64,000 nucleotides of DNA from a bacterium (GCA_963681965.1 OY820579.1:2752001-2816000), one strand, 5' to 3'. Shown: positions 38,694 to 48,951, counted from the stretch's first letter. Notes: generated by a model not told the origin, from the sequence alone. Program-made: numbers and translations.

Positions 38694-38711
38694 TTGACCT
38701 CCCTAATAATA

Positions 38712-39902
38712 TTACTTCTTTGAAACGCCTAATCGATCACCGATCAATTTGAATTTATCGATGGCAGTCTGAATATGTTCGGGCTGGTGTGCAGCCGAGA
38801 TCTGTACCCGAATTCGTGCCAATCCTTTGGGCACTACCGGATAGGAAAAACCGATGACATAAATTCCTTCGTCCAATAATTCCTTCGCCATTCGGGTTGC
38901 TAACACCGCATCGCCAAGCATTACCGGGCAAATGGGGGTTTCGCCTTTGACATTGAAACCGTTTTGGATCATAGCGAACCGGAATTTCCGGGTATTGTCG
39001 AACAATCGCTCGCGCAGATCGGGGAGTTCATCGATCAACTTAAAAGCTTCGATCCCAGCCGCAGCAATTACTGGGGCAATGGTATTCGAGAACAGATAGG
39101 GTCGCGATTTTTGCCGGAGCCATTGGACGATTTCTTTACGTCCGGTGGTAAAACCTCCCGAAGCACCTCCCATCGCCTTTCCCAGAGTAGAAGTAATAAT
39201 ATCGACTCGATTCAATACTCCAGTCAGTTCGCAGGATCCTCGTCCACGTTTTCCGAGAAATCCGGTTCCATGGCAGTCGTCTACCATCACCATCGCATCG
39301 TACTTTTCAGCCAGATCGCAGATTGCACTTAGCGGTGCTACATCGCCATCCATCGAAAAGACGCCATCGGTCACTATAATTCGGAAACGGTATTCCTGTG
39401 CCTGTTTCAGGATATCTTCCAAATCGGTCATATCCTTGTGCCGATAGCGGTACCGTTCCGCTTTACAGAGACGGACGCCATCGATGATGCTGGCGTGGTT
39501 CAATTCATCGGAGATCAGCGCATCCTGACCGCTTAGAAGCGGCTCGAAGACGCCACCATTGGCATCGAAACAAGCGGCATAGAGGATTGTGTCTTCGGTT
39601 CCAAAGAAATTGGAGATTGTCGCTTCCAATTCTTTGTGTAAATCTTGAGTACCGCAAATAAAACGAACACTTGATAGACCAAAACCGCGATCATCCAGGG
39701 CTTTTTTCGCTGCATTCACAATGCGTGGGTGATTTGCCAGTCCAAGGTAATTATTTGCACAAAAATTAATAACTTGACCTTGAGCCGTTTGGATAACTGC
39801 ATCCTGCGGGGAGAGAATGATCCGTTCTTCTTTGAACAAACCTTCGACGTGAAGTTGATCGAGGTATTTAGCCAGTCGGTCGCGCATTCGATCGGAAAAC
39901 AT
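38712..39902 (-). CDS. kbl: glycine C-acetyltransferase (canonical Kbl)
   Basis: [64 protein letters not shown]. Confidence 0.93.
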   Translation of the reverse strand: MFSDRMRDRLAKYLDQLHVEGLFKEERIILSPQDAVIQTAQGQVINFCANNYLGLANHPRIVNAAKKALDDRGFGLSSVRFICGTQDLHKELEATISNFFGTEDTILYAACFDANGGVFEPLLSGQDALISDELNHASIIDGVRLCKAERYRYRHKDMTDLEDILKQAQEYRFRIIVTDGVFSMDGDVAPLSAICDLAEKYDAMVMVDDCHGTGFLGKRGRGSCELTGVLNRVDIITSTLGKAMGGASGGFTTGRKEIVQWLRQKSRPYLFSNTIAPVIAAAGIEAFKLIDELPDLRERLFDNTRKFRFAMIQNGFNVKGETPICPVMLGDAVLATRMAKELLDEGIYVIGFSYPVVPKGLARIRVQISAAHQPEHIQTAIDKFKLIGDRLGVSKK

Positions 39903-40299
39903 GATCTCTCCAAATTGTAATAACAGTCGGCGTAAAATAGCGTTTCAGGCGAATTGCTGCAACTTAATTGGATTATTGTTTGATATTTAAGTATATGCAT
40001 TATTCGAAATTAGGTAATTGCCAAGAAATATTTAGAGCAATTATAAGTATAATTTGAATTCCACTAGAGATCTCATTCTGAAACTTTTTTGGATTTTTTC
40101 CCTCAAAATGTCTATCTTACGGCTTGAGATCAGCGAGAAGTTCGAGACAAAATCGAGTAAATTCACATTAGTTCATAGTGATTTGTATCGATGAATTTCT
40201 CATACTACTCTTTTTTGCACTGTTTCTAATCAATTCGGGTGTACAGTGCTCCCGATTTTGTGATTGCTTTCACGTCTTACCATATAGAAGGAATTTCAA

Positions 40300-41997
40300 A
40301 TGAGTCATTTCGGTACGTACGAGGAAAGTTACGCCAACTTCAATTGGTCGATTTCGGAAAAAGAACTCGATTACAAACCAGGCGACGTAATCAATATTGG
40401 ATGGTACTGCAGCGATCGAATCTGCAAACTCGGTAAAGCGAATAAAAATGCTCTGCTTTGGGAGAACCATCTAGGCGAATCCAAGACCTTCACATATAAC
40501 GATGTTCGAGTATATTCGAATCATGTCGCGTCTTTTCTGCTTGAATTGGGTATCAAACCCGGTGAACGCGTTTGCTTGTTTATGGATCGAGCGCCGGAAT
40601 TGTACATCGGTTTTGTCGGCATCCTCAAGATGGGTGCGGTAGCACAACCGCTGTTCTCGGCATTCGGCGACGAATCGTTGTTTACTCGTCTAGACAACGC
40701 CAAAACTTCTGCAATCTTTACGCAAAAGAAGCATGTCGCTAAAGTTCGCAAGATCTTGAAAGACCTTCCCGAATTGCGTCATATCATCGTGATTGATTCA
40801 CCCGATGGACCCTTCAAAGATCGCGAAATACCATTCACAATGGAAAGCAAGCGCGTCGAAGAGTTTGAATCGTTCCCGAGCACTGCCGAAACGCCCTCCG
40901 TGCTGCACTATACTTCCGGAACCACCGGACAACCCAAGGGTGCACAGCATGTGCATGGTTCATTGATCTCTCAGTACATCACCGCGAAATGGATTCTCGA
41001 TCTCCACGATGACGATGTATACTGGTGCAACGCCGATCCGGGGTGGGTGACCGGTACTTCGTACGGTATCATTGGACCGTGGTCAAATGGCGTCACTCAA
41101 GCGGTGTACGATGCAGGATTCAGCTCTGAAACTTGGTACAAATTTATCGAAAAATATCGCATCAGTGTCTGGTATTCCGCCCCGACTGCAATTCGGTTGT
41201 TGATGCGCGATGGCACCGATATTGTTAAGAAATTCGATCTTAGTTGCCTTCGCCATCTAGCTAGCGTTGGCGAACCACTTAACGCCGAAGCCGTCATCTG
41301 GTCGCAAGAAGCGTTCGGAATCATGTTCCTCGATACTTTCTGGCAGACTGAAACCGGTTGCATGGTGATTACAAATCACCCCGGTATGCCGATTAAACCG
41401 GGTTCGATGGGTAAGCCATTCCCGGGCATCACAGCGACTGTACTCGATCTGAAAACCTACGAACCGATCACTGTTCCGGGACGTGTTGGCTTGATCGCAC
41501 TGAAACCGGGTTGGCCTTCGATGATTCGCACTTACTGGAATAATCCGACTGGGTATCAGAATAAATTCAAGAACGGTTGGTTTATTTGCGGCGACCGTGC
41601 TTCGATCGATCAGGAAGGATATTACTGGTTTGTCGGTCGCGACGATGATGTGATCAATACTGGTGGACACCTAGTCGGTCCGTTTGAAATTGAATCGGCA
41701 TTGTTGGAACATCCTGCAGTTGCCGAATCGGCTGCCGTCGCCAAACCGGATAAAGTAAATATGGAAGTCGTGAAAGCGTTCGTAGCATTGAAACCGGGGA
41801 ACGAACCGACATCCGATCTTGAACTTGAGATTATGAATTTTATCCGCAAACGGCTTTCGCCGTTGGCAATGCCGCAAGAAATCGAATTCGTCAAATCGCT
41901 ACCGAAGACACGCAGCGGAAAAATTATGCGACGCGTGCTTCGCGCGCAAGAGTTTGGTGAACCGATCGGCGACTTATCAAGTTTGGAAAACGATTGA
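40300..41997 (+). CDS. AcsA-like acetate/short-chain acyl adenylating ligase
   Basis: YTSGTTGQPKG, ADPGWVTG, SVGEPLN, DTFWQTETG, GRDDD, LPKTRSGKIMRR. Confidence 0.9.
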   Translation: MSHFGTYEESYANFNWSISEKELDYKPGDVINIGWYCSDRICKLGKANKNALLWENHLGESKTFTYNDVRVYSNHVASFLLELGIKPGERVCLFMDRAPELYIGFVGILKMGAVAQPLFSAFGDESLFTRLDNAKTSAIFTQKKHVAKVRKILKDLPELRHIIVIDSPDGPFKDREIPFTMESKRVEEFESFPSTAETPSVLHYTSGTTGQPKGAQHVHGSLISQYITAKWILDLHDDDVYWCNADPGWVTGTSYGIIGPWSNGVTQAVYDAGFSSETWYKFIEKYRISVWYSAPTAIRLLMRDGTDIVKKFDLSCLRHLASVGEPLNAEAVIWSQEAFGIMFLDTFWQTETGCMVITNHPGMPIKPGSMGKPFPGITATVLDLKTYEPITVPGRVGLIALKPGWPSMIRTYWNNPTGYQNKFKNGWFICGDRASIDQEGYYWFVGRDDDVINTGGHLVGPFEIESALLEHPAVAESAAVAKPDKVNMEVVKAFVALKPGNEPTSDLELEIMNFIRKRLSPLAMPQEIEFVKSLPKTRSGKIMRRVLRAQEFGEPIGDLSSLEND

Positions 41998-42124
41998 TCG
42001 ATTCTGGAGTTGATTCTGGAATTCTATAGTCAATGGTTCGTTAGAAGTGTAATTTGATTTCGCAATTGTCTGGAGTGATCGCCGATTGCTCAGACAAAAA
42101 TATCTAATGTTATTGGAGATGACC

Positions 42125-42382
42125 ATGGCAACTATGCATGAAGCCGTACTGAATTACATCAAGAAGGAATATCTTGAAGAAGACGACGACACCGAAATGA
42201 CCTATGATACGCCATTGATCAGTGGTGGTATCGTCGATTCGTTTTCGATGGTATCGTTGAAAGTTTTTCTCGAGAAAAAATATTTAATTTCGATTCCCGA
42301 TGCGAAGGCAACTCCGCAAGCATTCGATACTGTAAACAAGATTTGCAAGCTGGTCAAAGAATTCCGTCCCGATGCGGAATAG
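42125..42382 (+). CDS. stand-alone acyl/peptidyl carrier protein
   Basis: Acidic 85-aa protein with GGIVDSFS phosphopantetheine site; GGAG RBS 6 nt before ATG 42125. Confidence 0.88.
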   Translation: MATMHEAVLNYIKKEYLEEDDDTEMTYDTPLISGGIVDSFSMVSLKVFLEKKYLISIPDAKATPQAFDTVNKICKLVKEFRPDAE

Positions 42383-42462
42383 TCGAATCTGACTGGTCGG
42401 AATACACTCACAACATTCTTTGACAATTGCAGTGTTTTCGATCATCCCGAAAGGAAACAAGC

Positions 42463-43707
42463 ATGGCGTACAAATCTGCGAAAGATATTTTCGCGAAGAC
42501 GATCGACAAGATCAAAGACGATGGTCTATTTAAGACTGAACGATTGATTTGCAGCCCGCAAGGCGCCGATATCAAAGTCCGATTTCCGGCTGATGCTCCG
42601 GAAAAAGAAGTAATCAATATGTGTGCCAACAACTATCTCGGTTTGGCAAATCATCCCGAGGTCGTTAAAGCTGCGCACGAAGCACTCGACATCCGTGGAT
42701 ACGGGATGTCTTCGGTTCGCTTTATTTGCGGCACGCAGGACATTCATCGCGAATTGGAGAAGAAAACTGCGGAATTTCTTGGCAAGGAAGACTGCTGCGT
42801 ATTCGGTAGCTGTATGGATGCCAACGCTGCAGTATTCGAAGTATTACTATCGGAAGAAGATGCAATCATCTCCGACCGCTTGATTCACGCGTCGTTGATC
42901 GATGGTATTCGGCTTTCGAAGGGTCAAAACTTCAACTACAAGCATGCCAACATGGAGCATCTGGAAGAGAAGCTTCAGGAAACGCAGAATTGCCGAATTC
43001 GGTTGATCGTCACCGACGGTGTCTTCTCGATGGACGGCGATACCGCACCGATGGACAAGATCTGTGAATTGGCAGAGAAGTATGAAGCGATGGTGTTGGT
43101 CGACGATTCACACGGTACTGGATATATCGGTAAAACCGGTCGTGGCGTTCACGAATTGTATGGGGTGATGGATAAAGTCGACATCATCACCACCACCTTT
43201 GGCAAGGCGCTCGGCGGTGCTACCGGCGGTTGCGTGGCAGGTCCGGCGGAAGTTGCCGAATTGATGAAACAGCGCGGTCGAACTTATTTATTCTCGAATG
43301 CGATTCCACCGGCAACGGCACTCGCTTCGATGAAAGTGATCGAAATGTTGAGTTCTTCCACTGGTCTGCGCGACAAGCTCGAGAAACTCACTGAATACTG
43401 GCGGAAGGGTTTGACCGAAGCCGGATTTGATGTCAAACCGGGTGATACGTCGATTGTTCCGGTGATGCTGTACAATGCGAAGTTGGCGCAGTCATTCAGT
43501 AAAGATCTGTATGACGAAGGGATCTATGCCGTCGGTTTCTTCTTCCCGGTAGTTCCGGCAGCACAGGCGCGAATTCGTACCCAGATCAGTGCCGGTCATG
43601 AATTCCATCATCTTGATAAAGCACTTGCCGCATTCAAGAAGGTGGGCGCGAAGCACGGTATTCTCGGCATGAAGAAGAAAGATATTATCGCGCGTTTCGG
43701 CGAATAA
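42463..43707 (+). CDS. second Kbl-like alpha-oxoamine synthase
   Basis: [56 protein letters not shown]; AAGGA RBS. Confidence 0.9.
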   Translation: MAYKSAKDIFAKTIDKIKDDGLFKTERLICSPQGADIKVRFPADAPEKEVINMCANNYLGLANHPEVVKAAHEALDIRGYGMSSVRFICGTQDIHRELEKKTAEFLGKEDCCVFGSCMDANAAVFEVLLSEEDAIISDRLIHASLIDGIRLSKGQNFNYKHANMEHLEEKLQETQNCRIRLIVTDGVFSMDGDTAPMDKICELAEKYEAMVLVDDSHGTGYIGKTGRGVHELYGVMDKVDIITTTFGKALGGATGGCVAGPAEVAELMKQRGRTYLFSNAIPPATALASMKVIEMLSSSTGLRDKLEKLTEYWRKGLTEAGFDVKPGDTSIVPVMLYNAKLAQSFSKDLYDEGIYAVGFFFPVVPAAQARIRTQISAGHEFHHLDKALAAFKKVGAKHGILGMKKKDIIARFGE

Positions 43708-43745
43708 TTTCTTCACGCATTACTACCATCGTATTACATCAGTTG

Positions 43746-43775
43746 GGGAGGGCTCGCGAGCCCTCCCTTTTTTTT
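43746..43775 (+). terminator. intrinsic terminator closing the ligase-ACP-synthase unit
   Basis: GGGAGGGCTCGCGAGCCCTCCC followed by T8. Confidence 0.9.
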
Positions 43776-43777
43776 AT

Positions 43778-43848
43778 AGTAGGTCGGAATTTATTCCGAC
43801 TCTTGTCTTTTTTAGATTGAAATGAGTCGGAATAAATTCCGACCTACT
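43778..43848. repeat. REPIN-like doublet, perfect 25-bp inverted repeat
   Basis: AGTAGGTCGGAATTTATTCCGACTC (43778-802) and its exact complement (43824-848); each arm is GTAG plus palindrome. Confidence 0.85.
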
Positions 43849-43933
43849 GAGAAGAAGTTCTCCATATTCTTGTGTCCTACACCCTGATTTGTCGATGCGA
43901 AGCCCTGCAGGGACTGTGGCAACCTTCTCTTAT

Positions 43934-43956
43934 GTAGCCGCAGGCTTCAGCCTGCG
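43934..43956 (+). repeat. single REP-like palindrome
   Basis: GTAG-C-CGCAGGC-ttca-GCCTGCG. Confidence 0.65.
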
Positions 43957-43988
43957 TTTAATTTCAATTGATTCTTCATCATGATTAT

Positions 43989-44059
43989 GTCTTTGCGAGG
44001 AATGAATGTAGTAACATCAGCCGCAGGCTGATTTACGAAGTGAATGACGAAGCAATCTC
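43989..44059 (+). repeat. palindromic repeat of GTCxTTGCGAGG...GACGAAGCAATC type with internal hairpin
   Basis: TTGCG..GCAA closing arms, inner ATCAGCC-gca-GGCTGAT flanked by two TGAATG. Confidence 0.5.
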
Positions 44060-44657
44060 CGCCTGTATCTTGAAGCTTATAATATTGCGTGTAAGGAAGC
44101 TATCGATAACTAGTGTCTAGTGTTAGAAACTTGATTGTAAGACCTAATGCTATGGTTTGATTCTAAAATTCAATCGGATCGAATTCAAGTGCAATTCCTT
44201 TCGAGGCTCGTCGCGCCTGATATAACTGAATTCCGATACCTTTACCTTTAATAATATTCAGAAGTACTTTTCTAGTATTCTTTTTCATTTCACAACCGAA
44301 GATAACGGAGCAATATAATTCATCTGGATATTCAAGTATAGTTTTAGATCCTTGAATATCTGCACCTGGTCTTGGTGCCCTGACGATACGAACCTCATTT
44401 TCATATGACCAATTCTGATGCTTTAAGCCGAAAATTCTGTGAAAAAATAAGGGTGGATTATCGAAAATGTTATTCAGTGTATATTGCTGAAGATCGATTG
44501 GATCGTATTCAATATTTTTATCTATCCAGATCTCGAATCGATATTTTTCAAGATACCTACAAATTTTTCTCGATCAAATCCAATGCAAAACCCGCGATGA
44601 TAATCGGAATAATGAGACCACATTGATCTGCCCCCATTATTTGTACCAGTGTCTATG

Positions 44658-45533
44658 TCACACTGGTCTCATTCCTGCGTAGCGTAGCGGAGCAGGAATG
44701 AGTGGTAACTCTGTTTCCGGTGCCGGCGGCAGATAGCCCAAAGAGCTGTGCGGTCGAATCGTATTGTAATGGTGCCGCCATTGTTCGATAATCACCTTTG
44801 CTTCCAATATGGTATCAAAGATTTCACCCTTCAGCAACAGTTTCAACCGACAGTTAAAACTTTCGATGTATCCGTTTTCCCACGGGCTGCCAGGCGTAAT
44901 AAACAAGGGTTGCACATCAACCCGGGGCAGCCACGCTAGTACCTCATTCGCCGTAAACTCAGGGCCATTGTCACTACGAACATGAATCGGTGTACCTCGT
45001 ACTACAAACAGTTCTTCCAGTACGCAAAGAACATCATCCGCCTTGATCTTCCGGGCTACCAGGATCGCAAGGCATTCCCGGGTGTATTCGTCCATGATCG
45101 CAAAGATCTTGAACGAACGACCATTCGACGTATGCCACGTGACAAAGTCGAAGCTCCAGACATGATCCGGATGTTCCGGACGTAGACGGATGCAGGAACC
45201 ATCATTCAGCCACAGTCTTCGACGCTTCTTCTGCTTCTTCGGGACCTTCAGTCCGGACTGTCGCCAGATCCGTTCCACCCGTTTGTGGTTTACCCGCCAG
45301 CCGATGTTACGGATCATCGCCGTTACGATCCGGTAGCCATACCCGCCATACTGGCAAGCCAGAAATACCACCAGCGAGACCAACGGGCCTTCGTCGGCAC
45401 GACGAAGCGGTGCATACCGGTGACTCGTTCGTGGTTCGCAAAGAACCGTACAGACCCGTCGTTCCGAGACCCGATCAATGCCCAGCGAATGGCGAACAGT
45501 AAGCGCAGTCTCGCGACGCTTCGCCGGGCACAC
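44658..45533 (-). CDS. IS3 transposase OrfB
   Basis: GYGYR, VNHKRVERIWR, WSFDF, SDNGPEF, WENGYIESFN, RPHSSLGY. Confidence 0.93.
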   Translation of the reverse strand: MCPAKRRETALTVRHSLGIDRVSERRVCTVLCEPRTSHRYAPLRRADEGPLVSLVVFLACQYGGYGYRIVTAMIRNIGWRVNHKRVERIWRQSGLKVPKKQKKRRRLWLNDGSCIRLRPEHPDHVWSFDFVTWHTSNGRSFKIFAIMDEYTRECLAILVARKIKADDVLCVLEELFVVRGTPIHVRSDNGPEFTANEVLAWLPRVDVQPLFITPGSPWENGYIESFNCRLKLLLKGEIFDTILEAKVIIEQWRHHYNTIRPHSSLGYLPPAPETELPLIPAPLRYAGMRPV

Positions 45534-45808
45534 TATTTTCCCTTGAGAGCCTCCTGCAGGATCTCTTTGTCCAAGGTCAGATCAGATACGACCTTCCGAA
45601 GACGGCCATTCTCGCGTTCCAGTTCCTTCAAACGCTTCGCCTGATCCAGCTTCAAACCACCGTATTCCTTGCGCCAGTGGTAGTAAGTATGTTCCTGGAT
45701 GCCCAACTTCCGGCAAACTTCACGGACGCTCATCCCCTTCCCAATCTCAACTTCCGCTTCACGAAGCATCGGGATAATCTGCTCCGCAGTTCGCTTCACT
45801 CCACGCAT
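45533..45808 (-). CDS. IS3 transposase OrfA
   Basis: Translation identical to 22013-22288. Confidence 0.93.
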   Translation of the reverse strand: MRGVKRTAEQIIPMLREAEVEIGKGMSVREVCRKLGIQEHTYYHWRKEYGGLKLDQAKRLKELERENGRLRKVVSDLTLDKEILQEALKGK

Positions 45809-46301
45809 GAAAACCTCCCATAAAAGGTACTACTCTGACATAGAGAGTGGTACTACTTTCGGGGGCTAGATCAACATGATGATTGAATCGTGGACTTTCG
45901 ATACCGAATAGATCCCATATTTATCAGATGTGTCTAGTATTTTTATTGTTAAGAAGTCTACTAATTTCTGTCTTTGAATTGCGTCATTGAACAAATGGTA
46001 ATAATTCATTTCATTTATGTGATTTTCCTTGATGAATTCTGACTTTAAACCTGAAATTTCGAAATATCTCTTGATATGTTCATTGCTCTCAAACCCCCAA
46101 TCGTAAGGGATTCTACAATCAAATGGATCGTTCAATTCTGAAGGAGCTGCAAAGTATATTTCATTATTGCTAAGAGCTGAGATTCCATACTCATTCACAG
46201 CGCGATACTTGAAGTATTGTTTTGGAGTATCTTGGAACATGAAGAAATCTCCAATCATCGGAATTATTTACTAAGCACTAATCACTATTCGCCAATTCCG
46301 A

Positions 46302-48380
46302 TCATTTCACCAACTCGATCTTCCGAACCTGACTATTCTTCCCAACGTTCATTCGAACGAAATACGACCCTGAACTTAGCCCATTACCATTAAAATTCAA
46401 TTTGTAGCTGCCTGCATGCTGCAATCCCTGATGTAACGTGGTTATTTCCCGACCTTGCAAATCAAAAACGCGCAGATCGACTTTTCCGGGGGTGGGGAGG
46501 GAATAGGAAATCGTTGTGGAAGAATTGAACGGGTTTGGATAATTTGGCACTAGTAAGGGTTCCAAAAGCAGTGCGGGTGCAGCGCCAAATTGGACGCCCC
46601 AAGTACGAGCGTTATCATAGTAGTAAAGAAAGGATCTACTGGTCAACAGCCAGATACCACCATCAGGACTGATTTGGACTTTTAGAAAAGTGGTTCCGTA
46701 TGATTCGCCTAGTTCTTGCCATGAAGTGCCGCTGTTCGTCGTGTAATAAAATTGACCCCATCGACCAATCGCACAGCCAACATTTCCCCGAAAATCAACA
46801 TCAATCCAATTTCCAAAATTATCCGTATTAACGAGTGTCCAATACCGACTGCCATTGTTCGAAACCACTAAAGTACCATCACTCAAGATAGCGAACACTC
46901 GTGATGGAGAGACCGCTTTCACTACTTGAACTGCAAGGTTACCAGTCATCGGCAATAGTGTCCAGTGATTACCGCCATCGATTGTTTGAAAGAAATTGCT
47001 TCCATCGGATAACCAGCCCGATTGCCGATTTGCAAAGCTCAAGCTGACGATTTCGAAATTCGATCCCCATGTTTGCTCCGTCCAGTTACTTCCACCATCG
47101 GTAGTGTGAAGCAGGTGGCGATTTGTACCGTAACACCAGCCGTATAGGGAATCCACCATGATAATTTGTTGGAAGGCAGTGGTGGAATCTCGATATTGCT
47201 GAATCCAACTGTTACCGGCATCCGAACTGTGAAAAATCGTGCCATTGCTTCCGACAACCCAACCATTCAATGAATCGGGGAAAGTGATAGAATTCAAAAT
47301 CGCATTGGTGAGATCGAAATGATAACTCCACCCGCGATTTTCATTGAGTGAGAGTATCGTGCCATTTGGTCCAGCAAACCACAATACGGAAGGATCCGAT
47401 ACCGCAAACGAATTGAAGAATGTTGTAGCGGAAAACGATTGACTCGTAACTGTCTGCCAGCCATCGTCACTCATATTCAATACATATGCTGAATATGAAC
47501 TACTCCTTTCGGTTGCCCAAACTCGGTTATGATAATGAATGATCGGAGAGATCGAATGATTAGGAGAAATTCGATTCCAATTTTGACCACCATCCGTCGT
47601 TCTATAAAGACCATTGCTTGATGAACTGAGGTAACCTTGCAGTGAATCGACAAAATCGATATAACTAGCTTCGTAATTCAACGGATTTCTTGACCAGGAT
47701 GATCCACCGTCCGTAGTGCGTAGGATGACATTGGGATATTCGATCAGCCAGCCATGCAATGCATCGGTGAAACTCATTCCATAAAGGAACGTTGTATCGC
47801 TCCAGCAACTATCCCATGTGACGCCACCATCGGAAGTTCGGAATAATTGGCTGGGATTGTTGAACGTATGGATCCAACCATTCAGCCGATCGACGAATTT
47901 GATACCTGAAATAGAGTGTCCAGCACTGAATCGCTCGCTCCAATTCATTCCGCCATCTGTAGTTGCCAATAGTATGCTATTATCGCTGAGGAAGCCATGC
48001 AGCGAGTCGGTGAAGAGGATATCCATCAGATATGAATTCGGACGGTTTAACTGTATTGACCATGTTGAAGAATGGTAGCGAAGTACTACGCCGGAATCGG
48101 CAATCGCCCAGCCGTGGTTAGGATCGGTAAAAAATATGCTTTGAATGCGATTGGGCGTACCGGTGTTTTGATAGTTCCAGGTAGACCCGCCATCTGCAGA
48201 CCAATGAATTCCCATTTCCCAACCACTGATCCAGCCGTGAAGCGAGTCACAAAAAAAGATCGGACTGGGACAGGGAGAACATCGGCGTAAAGTATAGGTC
48301 TGACCATTGTTCCAAGCACTACATATGCATGTCAGACTGAATAACAGACCCAAAACTATCGGCAGTCGTTTGAAGTTCAT
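46302..48380 (-). CDS. secreted YCF48/BNR-repeat beta-propeller protein with T9SS-like C-terminal domain
   Basis: Signal peptide; repeated F.D..HGW and TTDGG..W; NYPNPFN..TTISY.LP..VFDLQGR..LSSGSYF. Confidence 0.88.
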   Translation of the reverse strand: MNFKRLPIVLGLLFSLTCICSAWNNGQTYTLRRCSPCPSPIFFCDSLHGWISGWEMGIHWSADGGSTWNYQNTGTPNRIQSIFFTDPNHGWAIADSGVVLRYHSSTWSIQLNRPNSYLMDILFTDSLHGFLSDNSILLATTDGGMNWSERFSAGHSISGIKFVDRLNGWIHTFNNPSQLFRTSDGGVTWDSCWSDTTFLYGMSFTDALHGWLIEYPNVILRTTDGGSSWSRNPLNYEASYIDFVDSLQGYLSSSSNGLYRTTDGGQNWNRISPNHSISPIIHYHNRVWATERSSSYSAYVLNMSDDGWQTVTSQSFSATTFFNSFAVSDPSVLWFAGPNGTILSLNENRGWSYHFDLTNAILNSITFPDSLNGWVVGSNGTIFHSSDAGNSWIQQYRDSTTAFQQIIMVDSLYGWCYGTNRHLLHTTDGGSNWTEQTWGSNFEIVSLSFANRQSGWLSDGSNFFQTIDGGNHWTLLPMTGNLAVQVVKAVSPSRVFAILSDGTLVVSNNGSRYWTLVNTDNFGNWIDVDFRGNVGCAIGRWGQFYYTTNSGTSWQELGESYGTTFLKVQISPDGGIWLLTSRSFLYYYDNARTWGVQFGAAPALLLEPLLVPNYPNPFNSSTTISYSLPTPGKVDLRVFDLQGREITTLHQGLQHAGSYKLNFNGNGLSSGSYFVRMNVGKNSQVRKIELVK

Positions 48381-48503
48381 CGCAGTTTCCTGATTATGGT
48401 TCTGATTTTACGTTTTTATACGACTTTTGGATTGTAAGCAAGAAAATCTGATGTATCGATCATAAAGAAATGAAAATCAATTTTGTTGTCTTCCTTACCG
48501 AAG

Positions 48504-48899
48504 TCACTTTCTTTTCGCCAACCCCACCACATAACCATCGGGATCAAGGACATACGCGACTTCATCGCCCCAATCGCGCAGTTGCAGCGGACTGAGCGGT
48601 GTCGCACCGAGCGAACAAGCTAACGCATAATCGGCAGCAGGATCGTCGCAGAAGAGATATAATTCAGCGCGGAGTGAAGCGGAAGAAGCAGTATCGGGAA
48701 GATGAGATCCCAATAGTCGCTTCATGCTCGCGTCGGGCATCAAACCCAGTAGGTAATCTTCGGCGAGTGGGAATTCGCACATCCCGGGTACATCGAGGGT
48801 CGGTTCGCGATGCAGAATTGCGCGATAAAATTTCTTTGCACGGTCGGGGTCGTTGACATAGAATATGGTCATACCGTGGAGCATTTTCCCCCCGATCAT
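48504..48899 (-). CDS. VOC/glyoxalase family protein
   Basis: YVND..RAKKFY, RDWGDEVAYVLDPDGY. Confidence 0.85.
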   Translation of the reverse strand: MIGGKMLHGMTIFYVNDPDRAKKFYRAILHREPTLDVPGMCEFPLAEDYLLGLMPDASMKRLLGSHLPDTASSASLRAELYLFCDDPAADYALACSLGATPLSPLQLRDWGDEVAYVLDPDGYVVGLAKRK

Positions 48900-48951
48900 C
48901 GCTCATAAATTAAATCAACGAACAAGTACTCATTGTTGATTATTTAAGTAA

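Larger units (their letters stand above)
44624..45873 (-). mobile_element. intact 1250-bp copy of the IS407-like IS3 element
   Basis: Same terminal IRs as 21948-24493; 4-bp duplication ACAT (44620-23, 45874-77). Confidence 0.96.
44163..46240 (-). pseudogene. DUF2971-like gene disrupted by IS3 and a frameshift
   Basis: 5' part FKYR..LNDPFD..SIIM; resumes after IS as WSHYSDYHRGFCIGF; KHQNWSYENEVR..VIFGC lies in another frame ending at TAG 44163-65. Confidence 0.85.

Noticed and set aside
41998-42118. Repeated TCTGGA/GGAG words before the ACP gene as CsrA sites
   Set aside because: Short, not clearly in hairpin loops, compatible with chance
42463-43707. Serine palmitoyltransferase or BioF call
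   Set aside because: [13 protein letters not shown] and GKALGG are Kbl-type, and the partner ligase has a small-substrate pocket
44405-44626. 73-aa plus-strand ORF
   Set aside because: Antisense shadow of the DUF2971-like pseudogene
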